Source: a virus (Duplodnaviria; Caudoviricetes). From it: a stretch of 47,064 bases of DNA. Made by a program: the position numbers and the translations under genes. The notes beneath the pieces are model-generated. The model was given only the letters and a program-made list of their open reading frames with translations. It made no database searches and had not been told where the DNA came from. The stretch is from positions 1-47,064 of the IMG/VR virus record IMGVR_UViG_3300048861_000085, one strand, 5' to 3'. This document shows, piece after piece, positions 1 through 7,843 of this stretch. Position 1 is the stretch's first letter; each line of letters starts with the position of its first letter.

Positions 1-127
1 CGTTGCCGCCAGTGACTCGCGGACAGCGCGCTAAACGCGCCCTGGTATGCGAGGTCTGCGAGCCGCGTTTCAACACGGAGAAGGTTATTGCTCATCGCAA
101 GCCTTCCACACGGAAAACCGGATAGCC
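1..127. repeat. Terminal overlap identical to 46938..47064 (last 127 bp of the ISL3 element); circular-contig/k-mer overlap
   Basis: cgttgccgcc...ccggatagcc occurs at both window ends and at 42723..42849. Confidence 0.95.
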
Positions 128-464
128 AAGAGAACGAAGCAACGATCTCGCGCGCGGTCGTCGGCGTCTTCGTGCGAATGGTGCCGTCCGTTCCCACCTC
201 GAGCTGAGGCATCTCGACGGCTTTCGGGCCTTCGAGCAGCGGCGGCCGGGCGTACGTCGGGTGCTCGGTGGCGCGCCACCGTGCTTCCCGCGCGGCATGC
301 TCTTCGCGCGTCTGCATCCGATAGCGCGCCTGGCCGATGCGCGGGTGCGTGAGCTCCGCGATCGTGCCGAGCATTTCATCCCAGCAGAGATGATCCTGAT
401 AGCGCTCCAGCTCGCGCACGGTGAAGTCGTTAGGGCCGTGGATCTCGATAGCGATGACTCGCAT
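128..464 (-). pseudogene. Phage early hypothetical protein truncated at its 3' end by the ISL3 right end
   Basis: ATG at 464 overlaps the TGA of the upstream gene. Reads MRVIAIEIHGPNDFTVRELERYQDHLCWDEMLG...EIVASFS with no stop before the IS boundary at 127/128. Not in the ORF track. Confidence 0.7.
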
Positions 465-1270
465 CACGCAGCCCTCGCAGCCAGAACCGAGTCCTCGAAC
501 ACTCGCACGCCGTCGATCGGACAGTTCGCCTTCAGCGCGAGCGCGATCTTGTTGATGGCAGGCATGTTCGCGTCGAGGAGATCGACGTATTCCGGATGCG
601 CGGCGACGTAGCGCACGAGCGCGAGCTTGTCGCTCACCTCAGCCTTCCAGACCTTGCGCGTGGAGACTCCGGCCGTCGCGCGCGGCGCCGCGGTGATGGG
701 CGCTGTGATGAGCTGAGCGGTTTGCTGGAGGGTGACGAACTCCGCGGCACCTTGTTCGATACGGCTCGCTGCCTCGGACTGCAGTCGAGCAGCTTCTTCC
801 GCTTTGCCTTCGGCCTCTGCTTTCTCGGCAGCTTCGCGCATCTTGCGAGCCTCCTCGAGCGCGGCCGCTTCGCGCGCGGCTGCTTCAGCCGCGAGCCGTG
901 CGCGCTCGACGCGCGCCGCTTCCTCGAGGCGCGCCTGCTCGGCGATGCGCTTCTGCTCCTCGGCGCGGTCGAACGTTTGGATCGCGCCCTTGAGGATCAC
1001 TTCCGCCTGTTCGAGGTAATCGGTCGGCGCGCGGAACAGATCCATCACGGCCTTCTTCGCGAGGTCGATCGGCTTCGTGATCGCCTTGCGCTGATCGTCG
1101 ACGCTCTTCTGCAGCGTCTTGATCTTCGTGAGCTCGCGCGCGGCGAGGTCGCGCATATCGGCGCTGTCGATCTGATAGGCCTTCGCGATGTTCAGCGCGT
1201 TGATCGCCGACTTGAAGACAGCCTGCTCAGGCTGCGGCACCTTCAAATCCACCAAAGGTTGCGAGTCCAT
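464..1270 (-). CDS. Hypothetical coiled-coil protein linked to the recombination module
   Basis: Start MDSQPLV at 1270 with AAGGA RBS; long Ala/Glu/Arg helical region; directly downstream of exo/bet. Confidence 0.75.
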   Translation of the reverse strand: MDSQPLVDLKVPQPEQAVFKSAINALNIAKAYQIDSADMRDLAARELTKIKTLQKSVDDQRKAITKPIDLAKKAVMDLFRAPTDYLEQAEVILKGAIQTFDRAEEQKRIAEQARLEEAARVERARLAAEAAAREAAALEEARKMREAAEKAEAEGKAEEAARLQSEAASRIEQGAAEFVTLQQTAQLITAPITAAPRATAGVSTRKVWKAEVSDKLALVRYVAAHPEYVDLLDANMPAINKIALALKANCPIDGVRVFEDSVLAARAA

Positions 1271-1841
1271 GCTTGTCCTTAAAATTTCGGAGGGTGAGGA
1301 GCGACAGGAACACAGGCCAGTCGCTGGTGTCGCGAAATGGCACCAGTCGATAGGTGCCGTCTGCGCGCAGGCCGAGGCCATAGCGGTCCTCGATCTGCAC
1401 GCCGTTCTTGATGTGCAATTCCTTGTACGCGGCCAGTTGCACGCCGATCACGGGGCCGAGCGTGAGCATCTTTTTGATGTCGATCACTGCGCGGCGACCA
1501 TTGATCAGGCCGGTACGGTCCGACGTGCCGGCGTAGTGCAGAGCAGGGTGGTAAAGCTGCTGTTCGATCGTCTCGGGCACGAACCCCGTCTCAGCGCGGA
1601 ACCGGCGCCACGCCGTCAGATAAGGCAGCAGTTCATCTGAGAGCGTGTCCTCGTCGAGGTCGTCGAGGTCGTACAGCTCGGTCATCAGATGCACCGCGGT
1701 GCCGAGCTGCTGCGCGCGCTTGAGAACAGCAGCCGGCACCTTCGAGTAATCGACGAGCGGCGCGAGCGTCTGCGTGACGCTCGGCACGCGCCGCTGGCCG
1801 ACGGTGTAGAGGTGCTCGACAGGATCGAACGTCAGCATCAC
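1227..1841 (-). CDS. PD-(D/E)XK (Cas4/RecB-like) phage exonuclease
   Basis: PSVTQTL, GTAVH, YAGTSDR, IDIK and QLAAY motifs; adjacent to Bet. Confidence 0.85.
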   Translation of the reverse strand: MMLTFDPVEHLYTVGQRRVPSVTQTLAPLVDYSKVPAAVLKRAQQLGTAVHLMTELYDLDDLDEDTLSDELLPYLTAWRRFRAETGFVPETIEQQLYHPALHYAGTSDRTGLINGRRAVIDIKKMLTLGPVIGVQLAAYKELHIKNGVQIEDRYGLGLRADGTYRLVPFRDTSDWPVFLSLLTLRNFKDKHGLATFGGFEGAAA

Positions 1842-2831
1842 TTAGCCCGCCATCGGGTTTTCGACGAACTCAACGACCGCGTTGTAATTCGCCGTGGTCA
1901 CGCCGTCGAGGTCGAAGCCGAACTTCTCAACGATGTCTTTCTCGTTGACGGCGTTCTGTTCCATCTTCGTCTTGAGCACGCGCAGGACGCTGTCGCTGAT
2001 CGGCGTGCGCGGCGCATCCTCGAATTGCTCCTGATCCGGCTTCGGACGTGCGCGCGGCGCGCTGCGTTGCGCCGGTTCCTGCTCTCGCTGCTGCGTGTCC
2101 ATCTGGATCACGCCGTCGGCGTCGGTATGCTCGATCGCTGGCGCCGCGCGCGTCGCGCGCCGCGGCTCCTGCTTCACGTCGACGACCTGGGAGGTCTGCG
2201 TGCGTTGCGCGGCGCTGCGCGACTGCGGCTGCGCGACCGGGCGCTCCTCCTGCGCCGCACCCATGTCGCGCTCGACGACGCGCTGCGCTTCGTCCTCGTC
2301 GAACACGCCGGCAAAACCGAACGCGAGGCGCGCGCCCTGCACGAATGTCTTATGGCGCAGCATGCGATTCGGGTGCGACTTCCACGGCTGCATGCTTTCG
2401 CGCACGACTTCGCTGAAGTACTCCCGCACGATGACGGGACGCTGACGGTCCTTTCGGTACACACGAACTTCCATCCAGACAGGAACGTCTTTTCCAGCGA
2501 AGGAAGTGAGGTCTTCGGCGTACGAGAACTCGAAGCCATCGCACATCGGATGTTCGTTGACGATACGCGCCCAGCCGTCGACGCCGATCACCGGCACGAT
2601 GCCGCCCTTATCCGGGAAGGCGTAGATTTCCTTCGTGAAGGGGTTCAAGCCGTACTGATCGGCGACGATCAGCAGCGCGGCCATCTGCTCGTCGGTGACC
2701 TCGTTGTTTCCGTTCTGACGAAACGCGGTCGCCTTGAGCGTGCCCATCAGCTTGTTCGGCTCGATGGAGAATTTGTCGGCAAACTTGGCGACGAGGCTTT
2801 GACGTTGGGTGGTTGCAACGGCGGTGGACAT
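1842..2831 (-). CDS. bet: Phage single-strand annealing recombinase, lambda Bet/RecT family
   Basis: QYGLNPFTKEIYAFPDKGGIVPVIGVDGW and PWKSHPNRMLRHKTFVQGARLAFGFAG match lambda Bet motifs. Confidence 0.93.
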   Translation of the reverse strand: MSTAVATTQRQSLVAKFADKFSIEPNKLMGTLKATAFRQNGNNEVTDEQMAALLIVADQYGLNPFTKEIYAFPDKGGIVPVIGVDGWARIVNEHPMCDGFEFSYAEDLTSFAGKDVPVWMEVRVYRKDRQRPVIVREYFSEVVRESMQPWKSHPNRMLRHKTFVQGARLAFGFAGVFDEDEAQRVVERDMGAAQEERPVAQPQSRSAAQRTQTSQVVDVKQEPRRATRAAPAIEHTDADGVIQMDTQQREQEPAQRSAPRARPKPDQEQFEDAPRTPISDSVLRVLKTKMEQNAVNEKDIVEKFGFDLDGVTTANYNAVVEFVENPMAG

Positions 2832-2840
2832 GACGCTCCT

Positions 2841-3128
2841 TTACTCTGTGGGAATAACTTGCGGCTTCTTCTCGACGCACACGTACGGATACTTCACGTC
2901 GTATGGCTTGATGTGCTTGTAGAAGTACGATCCGATCGAAGCCGCGTCGCGCAGCGCATCAAACTCTTCGGCGGGCACATTCGCGTAGTGGTAGAGCGCC
3001 GCCGGCGCATCGGTCACGCGATCTTTGAAGCGGATGGCGAGGGTGTTCGTCTCGGTGTTGTGACCGATACTGTGGATCTGCGAGGATTCGACCTCTTCCA
3101 TCGTGATTGCGGGTGCGGCGGCATTCAT
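2841..3128 (-). CDS. KTSC domain protein
   Basis: VESSQIHSIGH...LAIRF...YHYANVP...ASIGSYF pattern. Confidence 0.85.
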   Translation of the reverse strand: MNAAAPAITMEEVESSQIHSIGHNTETNTLAIRFKDRVTDAPAALYHYANVPAEEFDALRDAASIGSYFYKHIKPYDVKYPYVCVEKKPQVIPTE

Positions 3129-3286
3129 ACGGAGCCTCGATTAAGTGCGACGCGTGGTGCGTCGATGGTGGGTGGGTCATCGGGCAACATCGACCAGGCG
3201 AGCACGAGAACAAGCATCGTGGCCAGCATCGTCAGCAGCGGATGACGGTCAGTGAAGTTCGTGAATCGAAGACGCAGCGCTTTCAT
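3125..3286 (-). CDS. Small membrane protein
   Basis: MKALRLRF...LLTMLATMLVLVLAWSML, one TM segment; overlaps neighbours in the operon. Confidence 0.55.
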   Translation of the reverse strand: MKALRLRFTNFTDRHPLLTMLATMLVLVLAWSMLPDDPPTIDAPRVALNRGSV

Positions 3287-3362
3287 CAACGCCTCGAATG
3301 AAGAGATATGCAGCGATGGCCACGACGAGCCATCCGGCAAGAATTGAATAGAAGGTGCTCAC
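3249..3362 (-). CDS. 37-aa membrane peptide
   Basis: GTG start overlapping the previous stop, with a GGAG RBS; STFYSILAGWLVVAIAAYLFIRG. Confidence 0.45.
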   Translation of the reverse strand: MSTFYSILAGWLVVAIAAYLFIRGVDESAASSIHELH

Positions 3363-3577
3363 GAATGGCTCTCCTCGGCTTCTGCTTTCGCGATCGCGGC
3401 ACGCAGTTGCGCATGGCTCGCGTGGATGCGGACCTTGCATTCCACGCCGAATATGTCGGTGAGCACTTCGCCGAGGTGACCGAGCACCGCATCGACGTCG
3501 CCCATCTCCGGTTCATTGCTATGGATCAGCCGGTGGGTGGCTTCGCCGAGCTCGCGCTTGTGGACGATGAGGCTCAT
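3359..3577 (-). CDS. Hypothetical protein
   Basis: MSLIVHKRELGE..., coupled (ATGA overlap) to 3574..3849. Confidence 0.6.
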   Translation of the reverse strand: MSLIVHKRELGEATHRLIHSNEPEMGDVDAVLGHLGEVLTDIFGVECKVRIHASHAQLRAAIAKAEAEESHS

Positions 3578-3849
3578 TTTTGGAGCGCCTTCAAATGGCG
3601 ACGCGGCATGATGCAAATCCACGGGTTGCACATCTCGAAGCTGTGCTTTACCGGATCGCGCTTGCCGAAGAACTCCTGGCGGAACTGTTCGCGCTCGAGC
3701 TCCTGCGCGTCTCGTAAGGCTTGGTCGGCCTCGCGTTTCGCCTTGTCGAGTGCTCGAAGCGCTTTGACGCGGTCTTCGCAGATCTGCTGCAGGCAATCAC
3801 GCGCGCGACGACGGTCGCTGCGCGCGAAGAATCGGCGCATCAGTTTCAT
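3574..3849 (-). CDS. Hypothetical protein
   Basis: GAGGAG RBS; operonic spacing. Confidence 0.6.
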   Translation of the reverse strand: MKLMRRFFARSDRRRARDCLQQICEDRVKALRALDKAKREADQALRDAQELEREQFRQEFFGKRDPVKHSFEMCNPWICIMPRRHLKALQK

Positions 3850-3870
3850 GACGGTCTCCTCGGAGGGGGA

Positions 3871-4386
3871 TCAGTTACCCGCGATGCGGGTCGATTCGGG
3901 CTGCGTGTCTTCGCGCGACACGAGTTCCTTGGGCTTGCGCTTGCAGTCGAAGCCCGCGTCGATCATCGCGTCATAGATCTCAGGCGAGATCTGGCAGCGG
4001 ATGCCGATCGCGGCGCGCCGCAGCGCGGCAGCGTTCTCGGCGTCGACGGTCGACTGGCGCGTCATTTCAGCGGCAGCGACTTCCAGTACGCACGAGCGTT
4101 GGTCCTTACTTGAACCGAAGGCGCCGCTGAACCCCGCCACAGCGAACCCACCTTGCGTCGTTTGCCCGCAATTGAATTGGGAGAAGCTCGAGGCGTAAGC
4201 ACCCAGAATCGGTGCAGAGACGTTTCGTACCGTCTGCGACGTGTGCTCCGGGTTGGTCGAAAACTCAATCGACCCCTGCGCAGTCGAAGTCGACGCCGAT
4301 TGCTGCGTTGCTGTGGAAATGCTCTGCGCTTGGGCATGACCAATTCCCAGAAGTGATACGATGATGACGGCCGTGAACTTGTTCAT
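3871..4386 (-). CDS. Secreted protein with Ser/Thr/Gln-rich N-terminus and 4 Cys
   Basis: Signal peptide MNKFTAVIIVSLLGIGHAQA; AAGGAG RBS. Confidence 0.8.
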   Translation of the reverse strand: MNKFTAVIIVSLLGIGHAQAQSISTATQQSASTSTAQGSIEFSTNPEHTSQTVRNVSAPILGAYASSFSQFNCGQTTQGGFAVAGFSGAFGSSKDQRSCVLEVAAAEMTRQSTVDAENAAALRRAAIGIRCQISPEIYDAMIDAGFDCKRKPKELVSREDTQPESTRIAGN

Positions 4387-4411
4387 GGTGGCTCCTTACT
4401 CAGGTGGAGTC

Positions 4412-4442
4412 AGGCCCCGGCAGTGACAGCTGCTCGGGGCCT
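4412..4442 (-). promoter_or_regulatory. Hairpin upstream of the RBS of 3871..4386
   Basis: aggccccg...cggggcct inverted repeat; loop region contains gctgtcac on the minus strand. Confidence 0.45.
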
Positions 4443-4559
4443 CTTCATTTGGTGAGGGCACGTGCGCCTATCATGTCGCACGTCTTTATGGCGCTTCTCA
4501 GATCGGCGGCTTACTCGTACAGCCTTCACCCGCCTAAGCTCCACGCCGACCCTCGTCGA

Positions 4560-4982
4560 TCAGTACGCGTAGGAACCGCTCAGGCCGCTGTAGCCGCCCG
4601 CGCTGTAATCCACACCAGCGCCACCCTTCGTCGCGCCGTAACCGTCTCCCGACGTGTAGCCGTTCGATGTGGACGTCGTGTTGCTGCCGCCCACCGCACC
4701 GGAAAACGAACCGCCTGCGCCGATCGCGCCCAGGCCGTTGTATGCATACGAGCCGGCCGCGCCCGCTGCTGCCACGGTGCCGCCGGCGGCGTAACCCGAT
4801 GCCGCGCTATTCGACGTCTGCGTGCTGTAGCCGTTGCCGTTGCTGCCCGAACTGGCCATCGATCCGCCCGACAGCTGCACCGAGCTGCTGAAACCCGCGC
4901 CGACGTTGAACGAATCAGCTGCCTGCGCGTGGCCAATAGCTGCTGCGAGTGCGAGAACTGCCAGTGCGATTTGCTTCTTCAT
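4560..4982 (-). CDS. Secreted Gly/Ser/Ala/Tyr-rich low-complexity protein
   Basis: Signal peptide MKKQIALAVLALAAAIGHAQA; mature part almost uncharged; GAGGA RBS. Confidence 0.8.
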   Translation of the reverse strand: MKKQIALAVLALAAAIGHAQAADSFNVGAGFSSSVQLSGGSMASSGSNGNGYSTQTSNSAASGYAAGGTVAAAGAAGSYAYNGLGAIGAGGSFSGAVGGSNTTSTSNGYTSGDGYGATKGGAGVDYSAGGYSGLSGSYAY

Positions 4983-5044
4983 GATGTGTACATCCTCAGG
5001 TTGGTTTTGCGCGAAGGCCGTCGCGCCTCGGTACGTCAAACAAT

Positions 5045-5149
5045 TCAGTGGAAGAACGGCCAGATGCTCATCGCGACCCACGCGGCCGCTGTGACAGCAG
5101 CAACACCGCGCATCAGTGCATCGCAGGCCAGCGTTTCGGATTCGGTCAT
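5045..5149 (-). CDS. 34-aa hydrophobic peptide
   Basis: MTESETLACDALMRGVAAVTAAAWVAMSIWPFFH; ATGA overlap with the upstream gene. Confidence 0.4.
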   Translation of the reverse strand: MTESETLACDALMRGVAAVTAAAWVAMSIWPFFH

Positions 5150-5370
5150 CGATTCGCCCCGTTTCTCAGATCACGCTGCATCTGCCCGATGTGAAGGTTC
5201 AACATCAGCTTCGTTTGGTCGAACTCGCGTTGCGTCACGCGAATCCGCTCGTCATATCGCTCAGGCAGTGCATCGCGCGCCATCTCGAGCGTCTGCAGCA
5301 CGGCCTCTTTTTCTCGTTGGTCCATCGCGTCAATTCCCGTACTTCTGAAACCACTCGTCAGAGTGGTCAT
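5146..5370 (-). CDS. Hypothetical protein (start may be the internal MDQREK at 5325)
   Basis: ORF in the early-left operon orientation. Confidence 0.55.
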   Translation of the reverse strand: MTTLTSGFRSTGIDAMDQREKEAVLQTLEMARDALPERYDERIRVTQREFDQTKLMLNLHIGQMQRDLRNGANR

Positions 5371-5462
5371 CGTCTTCGTCTGCTTCTATCTCTTCGTCAT
5401 CCGGAAGATCACAGAGAAGCAGCTCATCGTGATCTCGACGTTTGTCTACGAGGTGCGGCACG

Positions 5463-5591
5463 TCAGCACCACGTCACGCACTTGATGATGTCTACCGTGC
5501 GGCGATACACCGAGCGATTCAGCCATGGGACGAAGGTATATTCGTCATAGGCGTTCGAGCCGATGTAAAGCCAGTGACAGAGCTTGTTCAT
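5463..5591 (-). CDS. 42-aa hypothetical protein
   Basis: MNKLCHWLYIGSNAYDEY...; GAGGTG RBS just after the GntR gene stop. Confidence 0.4.
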   Translation of the reverse strand: MNKLCHWLYIGSNAYDEYTFVPWLNRSVYRRTVDIIKCVTWC

Positions 5592-5599
5592 TTGCCACC

Positions 5600-5950
5600 T
5601 CACGCGCCGACGCAGTCACGGGCCGCGGAAACGGTGGTCTCCACGATGCGTTCCTTCGACTCGCCAGCCTTCAGGCGCCACATGAGCACGTCCGAGTTCA
5701 CGGACATCCACTTGTCGGGCGCATTAACGGTCGTTCCCGTTTTCGGACGCACCGTGATGACGTTCAGGAACAGCAATCGGCTGATCGCTTCGCGCAGCAC
5801 GGTGCGGCTTACGCCGAACTTCAGCGCCAGATCCGGCTGCGACGGAATGCGTGCTCCGGTCTCGCTCGACAGCACCAACTCGAGCAACCCGTTCAATGCC
5901 TTGTCGACCATCGATTCGGACTTCATCTGCAGCGGAGATTGGTTCTTCAT
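5600..5950 (-). CDS. Stand-alone GntR/FadR-type winged-HTH protein
   Basis: IPSQPDLALKFGVSRTVLREAISRL...VRPKTGTTV is the GntR signature; GAGGTG RBS. Confidence 0.85.
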   Translation of the reverse strand: MKNQSPLQMKSESMVDKALNGLLELVLSSETGARIPSQPDLALKFGVSRTVLREAISRLLFLNVITVRPKTGTTVNAPDKWMSVNSDVLMWRLKAGESKERIVETTVSAARDCVGA

Positions 5951-6307
5951 GGGTCACCTCACGTTTGTCTTAGCGGTGCACGTTCGGAGGTGAGCGCGCA
6001 CTGGTAAGAGTGCCGGTTACGTGTCCGGCGTCTGTCGGCAGCAGACCGTTCCTGTGACCGTTCCCTCGGCTTGCCAAGCCCGACTTAAGCGGTGAGGGGG
6101 CGACGTCTTTATCACTCGTCCGCCAGCGAGTCGCACACACCGATGGGGTTTCATTGCCCATCTACCTGGGTGCACTTTCGGCTCTGTCGCGTCCCTGGCT
6201 CCTTCGCCAGTTCATTCGGTCCACCCAGTTGCAGCCTGGGCTAGGCATTCCCTCTTCACGCGGTCAGGCTTCACGGGCGATTTGGTATGCGCTGCCATGC
6301 GCATCTG

Positions 6308-6360
6308 CTACAACTGCAATTTACAACTGACAAAGACGCATTGCAAGTGAAAGTTGTAGC
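6308..6360 (-). promoter_or_regulatory. PL-like early leftward promoter with OL operator half-sites
   Basis: -35 TTGCAA (6346-6341), 17-bp spacer, -10 TAAATT (6323-6318); overlapped by TACAAC/GTTGTA motifs shared with the cI-cro intergenic region. Confidence 0.7.
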
Positions 6361-6367
6361 AATCGAC

Positions 6368-6397
6368 AAAAAAATAGGCCCGGTTGTTACCGGGCCT
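6368..6397 (-). terminator. Rho-independent terminator downstream of cI
   Basis: aggcccggt-aaca-accgggcct followed by a T7 run on the minus strand. Confidence 0.8.
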
Positions 6398-6536
6398 TCT
6401 CTGCTGCATATAGGAAGACTGATTGGACGTGATCGGATTAGCTTTCTGAACGTTGTGTCAAAAGGACGGAGGAAGCGTTGTCGGGAGATGAAGTGCGTAA
6501 TTCGTCGACGGCGGGCGCAAAGCATCGCGCCGTATG

Positions 6537-7256
6537 TCAATCTTCGGGCACCCACTTGCCAGTGACGGTCCCGATCAGCTCAACCTCGTCAGTCATCTCA
6601 ACGAGACGGTTCGGCCAGTCTGGGTTGATGGTGCGGAACATTATGCGGTCCCCATCAGTCAGGATCTGTCTGACGACAGCACGGGAGCCGGGTTTCAACA
6701 CAACGACAACCGTATTACGGTTCTTCGGGGCCTTGGTCGGATCGACAGCAATGACGTCGCCCGGCGCATATGACTTGCCTCCATCCCGCGCGACAGCGCT
6801 CTCATCCTCGATTCTCAGACAGAACGTGCCTTCATTAGCGTGCGGGATGAGAATCCATTCAAGTACAGCGGTGTCGTCAGTCTTCATTGATGTGCCCCAA
6901 GTCGCTGCTTTTTCCCACGATATTAAGGGCACATTACTCCAAAATTTGTCTCGATCCTTCTGAGGAATTGGTAGTTCTGCAGCTTTTACTGTATACGAAT
7001 CATCATTTTTTTTATCAATGATGTCGTGGTTCCCGATAACGTGAATTAATTTGGTGCCGCTGATCAGCTCTGGGAGACCTACTGACAACGCAGCAGCGAT
7101 ATCTTGGAGCCTCCATATCCGTGGTATTGATCCGCCGCTTTCCCACTTCTGCACTGCCTGCGGTTTGATATTGAGCGCCCTAGCCAAATCAGATTGGCTG
7201 AGGCCTTTTTCCTTCCGGAGCTTGGCGATTCGTTCGCCTATTTCGATGGGATTCAT
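6537..7256 (-). CDS. cI: CI-like repressor (XRE HTH plus S24/LexA-type C-terminal domain)
   Basis: IGERIAKLRKEKGLSQSDLARALNIKPQAVQKWE HTH; VPLISW...FCLRI...PGDVIAVDP...INPDWP S24 fold; divergent from cro. Confidence 0.9.
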   Translation of the reverse strand: MNPIEIGERIAKLRKEKGLSQSDLARALNIKPQAVQKWESGGSIPRIWRLQDIAAALSVGLPELISGTKLIHVIGNHDIIDKKNDDSYTVKAAELPIPQKDRDKFWSNVPLISWEKAATWGTSMKTDDTAVLEWILIPHANEGTFCLRIEDESAVARDGGKSYAPGDVIAVDPTKAPKNRNTVVVVLKPGSRAVVRQILTDGDRIMFRTINPDWPNRLVEMTDEVELIGTVTGKWVPED

Positions 7257-7267
7257 GCCCTCGATGG

Positions 7268-7344
7268 TACAAAAGTCGGTTGTAGCCCGCATTGCAAATT
7301 CCGGTTGAAAGTTCTGGTTGTAAGTTGTAGTCTCTCGGTTGTAG
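7268..7344 (+). promoter_or_regulatory. PR promoter and OR operators
   Basis: TTGAAA (7305-7310), 17 bp, TAGTCT (7328-7333); repeated (G/A)GTTGTA(G/A) at 7278, 7316, 7323 and 7337; palindrome TACAA-N7-TTGTA at 7268-7284. Confidence 0.7.
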
Positions 7345-7364
7345 ACCTCAAACCGAGACTTCTC

Positions 7365-7592
7365 ATGACCGCGAACGCTATCTCTCGCGCCGCAGCTATC
7401 GCAGGCGGCCAATCCGCGCTTGCTCGCAAGCTCGGCTGCACTCCACAAGCAGTTCAAAAAATGTGCGCCACCGGGAAGGTGCCCGCTGATCGCGTCGCCG
7501 CGATCGTCTCCGCCGTCGACGGGCAGATCACTCGCGAGGAACTTCGTCCTGACCTGTACGCCGAGCCGACCGACGAGTCGGCCGCCGCATAA
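7365..7592 (+). CDS. cro: Cro-like (YdaS family) regulator
   Basis: AIAGGQSALARKLGCTPQAVQK...ITREELRPDLY. Confidence 0.88.
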   Translation: MTANAISRAAAIAGGQSALARKLGCTPQAVQKMCATGKVPADRVAAIVSAVDGQITREELRPDLYAEPTDESAAA

Positions 7593-7627
7593 ACCGAATC
7601 CACAGAGACCATAAACGGGGAATCAAC

Positions 7628-7843
7628 ATGGCGCGCCGTGCTGCATTTCGGAACGAGGTGAAGACTCGCCTCGACGATCGAACTTACGAAGCCTTGCTTC
7701 GCTACCAGGCATTGCATGGAGTCGAAAGCGTTTCGGCTGCATCCGCGCGCCTGATGGGTATGGCACTGCTCGGTTTGATCGGAATATTGCCTACCGAACT
7801 TTCCGGCATCAGTGACGACGCGTCCCAGACCGGGACACGCTAA
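7628..7843 (+). CDS. Small putative DNA-binding protein
   Basis: VKTRLDDRTYEAL, ribbon-helix-helix-like; follows cro. Confidence 0.6.
   Translation: MARRAAFRNEVKTRLDDRTYEALLRYQALHGVESVSAASARLMGMALLGLIGILPTELSGISDDASQTGTR

Noticed and set aside
1-127. Direct terminal repeat of the virion DNA
   Set aside because: Exactly 127 bp and equal to the IS right end; better explained as assembler k-mer overlap
1227-1841. Cas4/CRISPR association
   Set aside because: No repeat-spacer array or other cas genes seen; context is a Bet/Exo recombination module
1689-3245. 518-aa plus-strand ORF and other long antisense ORFs (e.g. 14084..15088, 22648..23763, 41003..42817, 45311..47032)
   Set aside because: Shadows of well-supported genes in high-GC DNA; no motifs or RBS
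5380-5422. Intergenic hairpin ctgcttct...agaagcag
   Set aside because: No U-tract or other support; too weak to call a terminator or ncRNA
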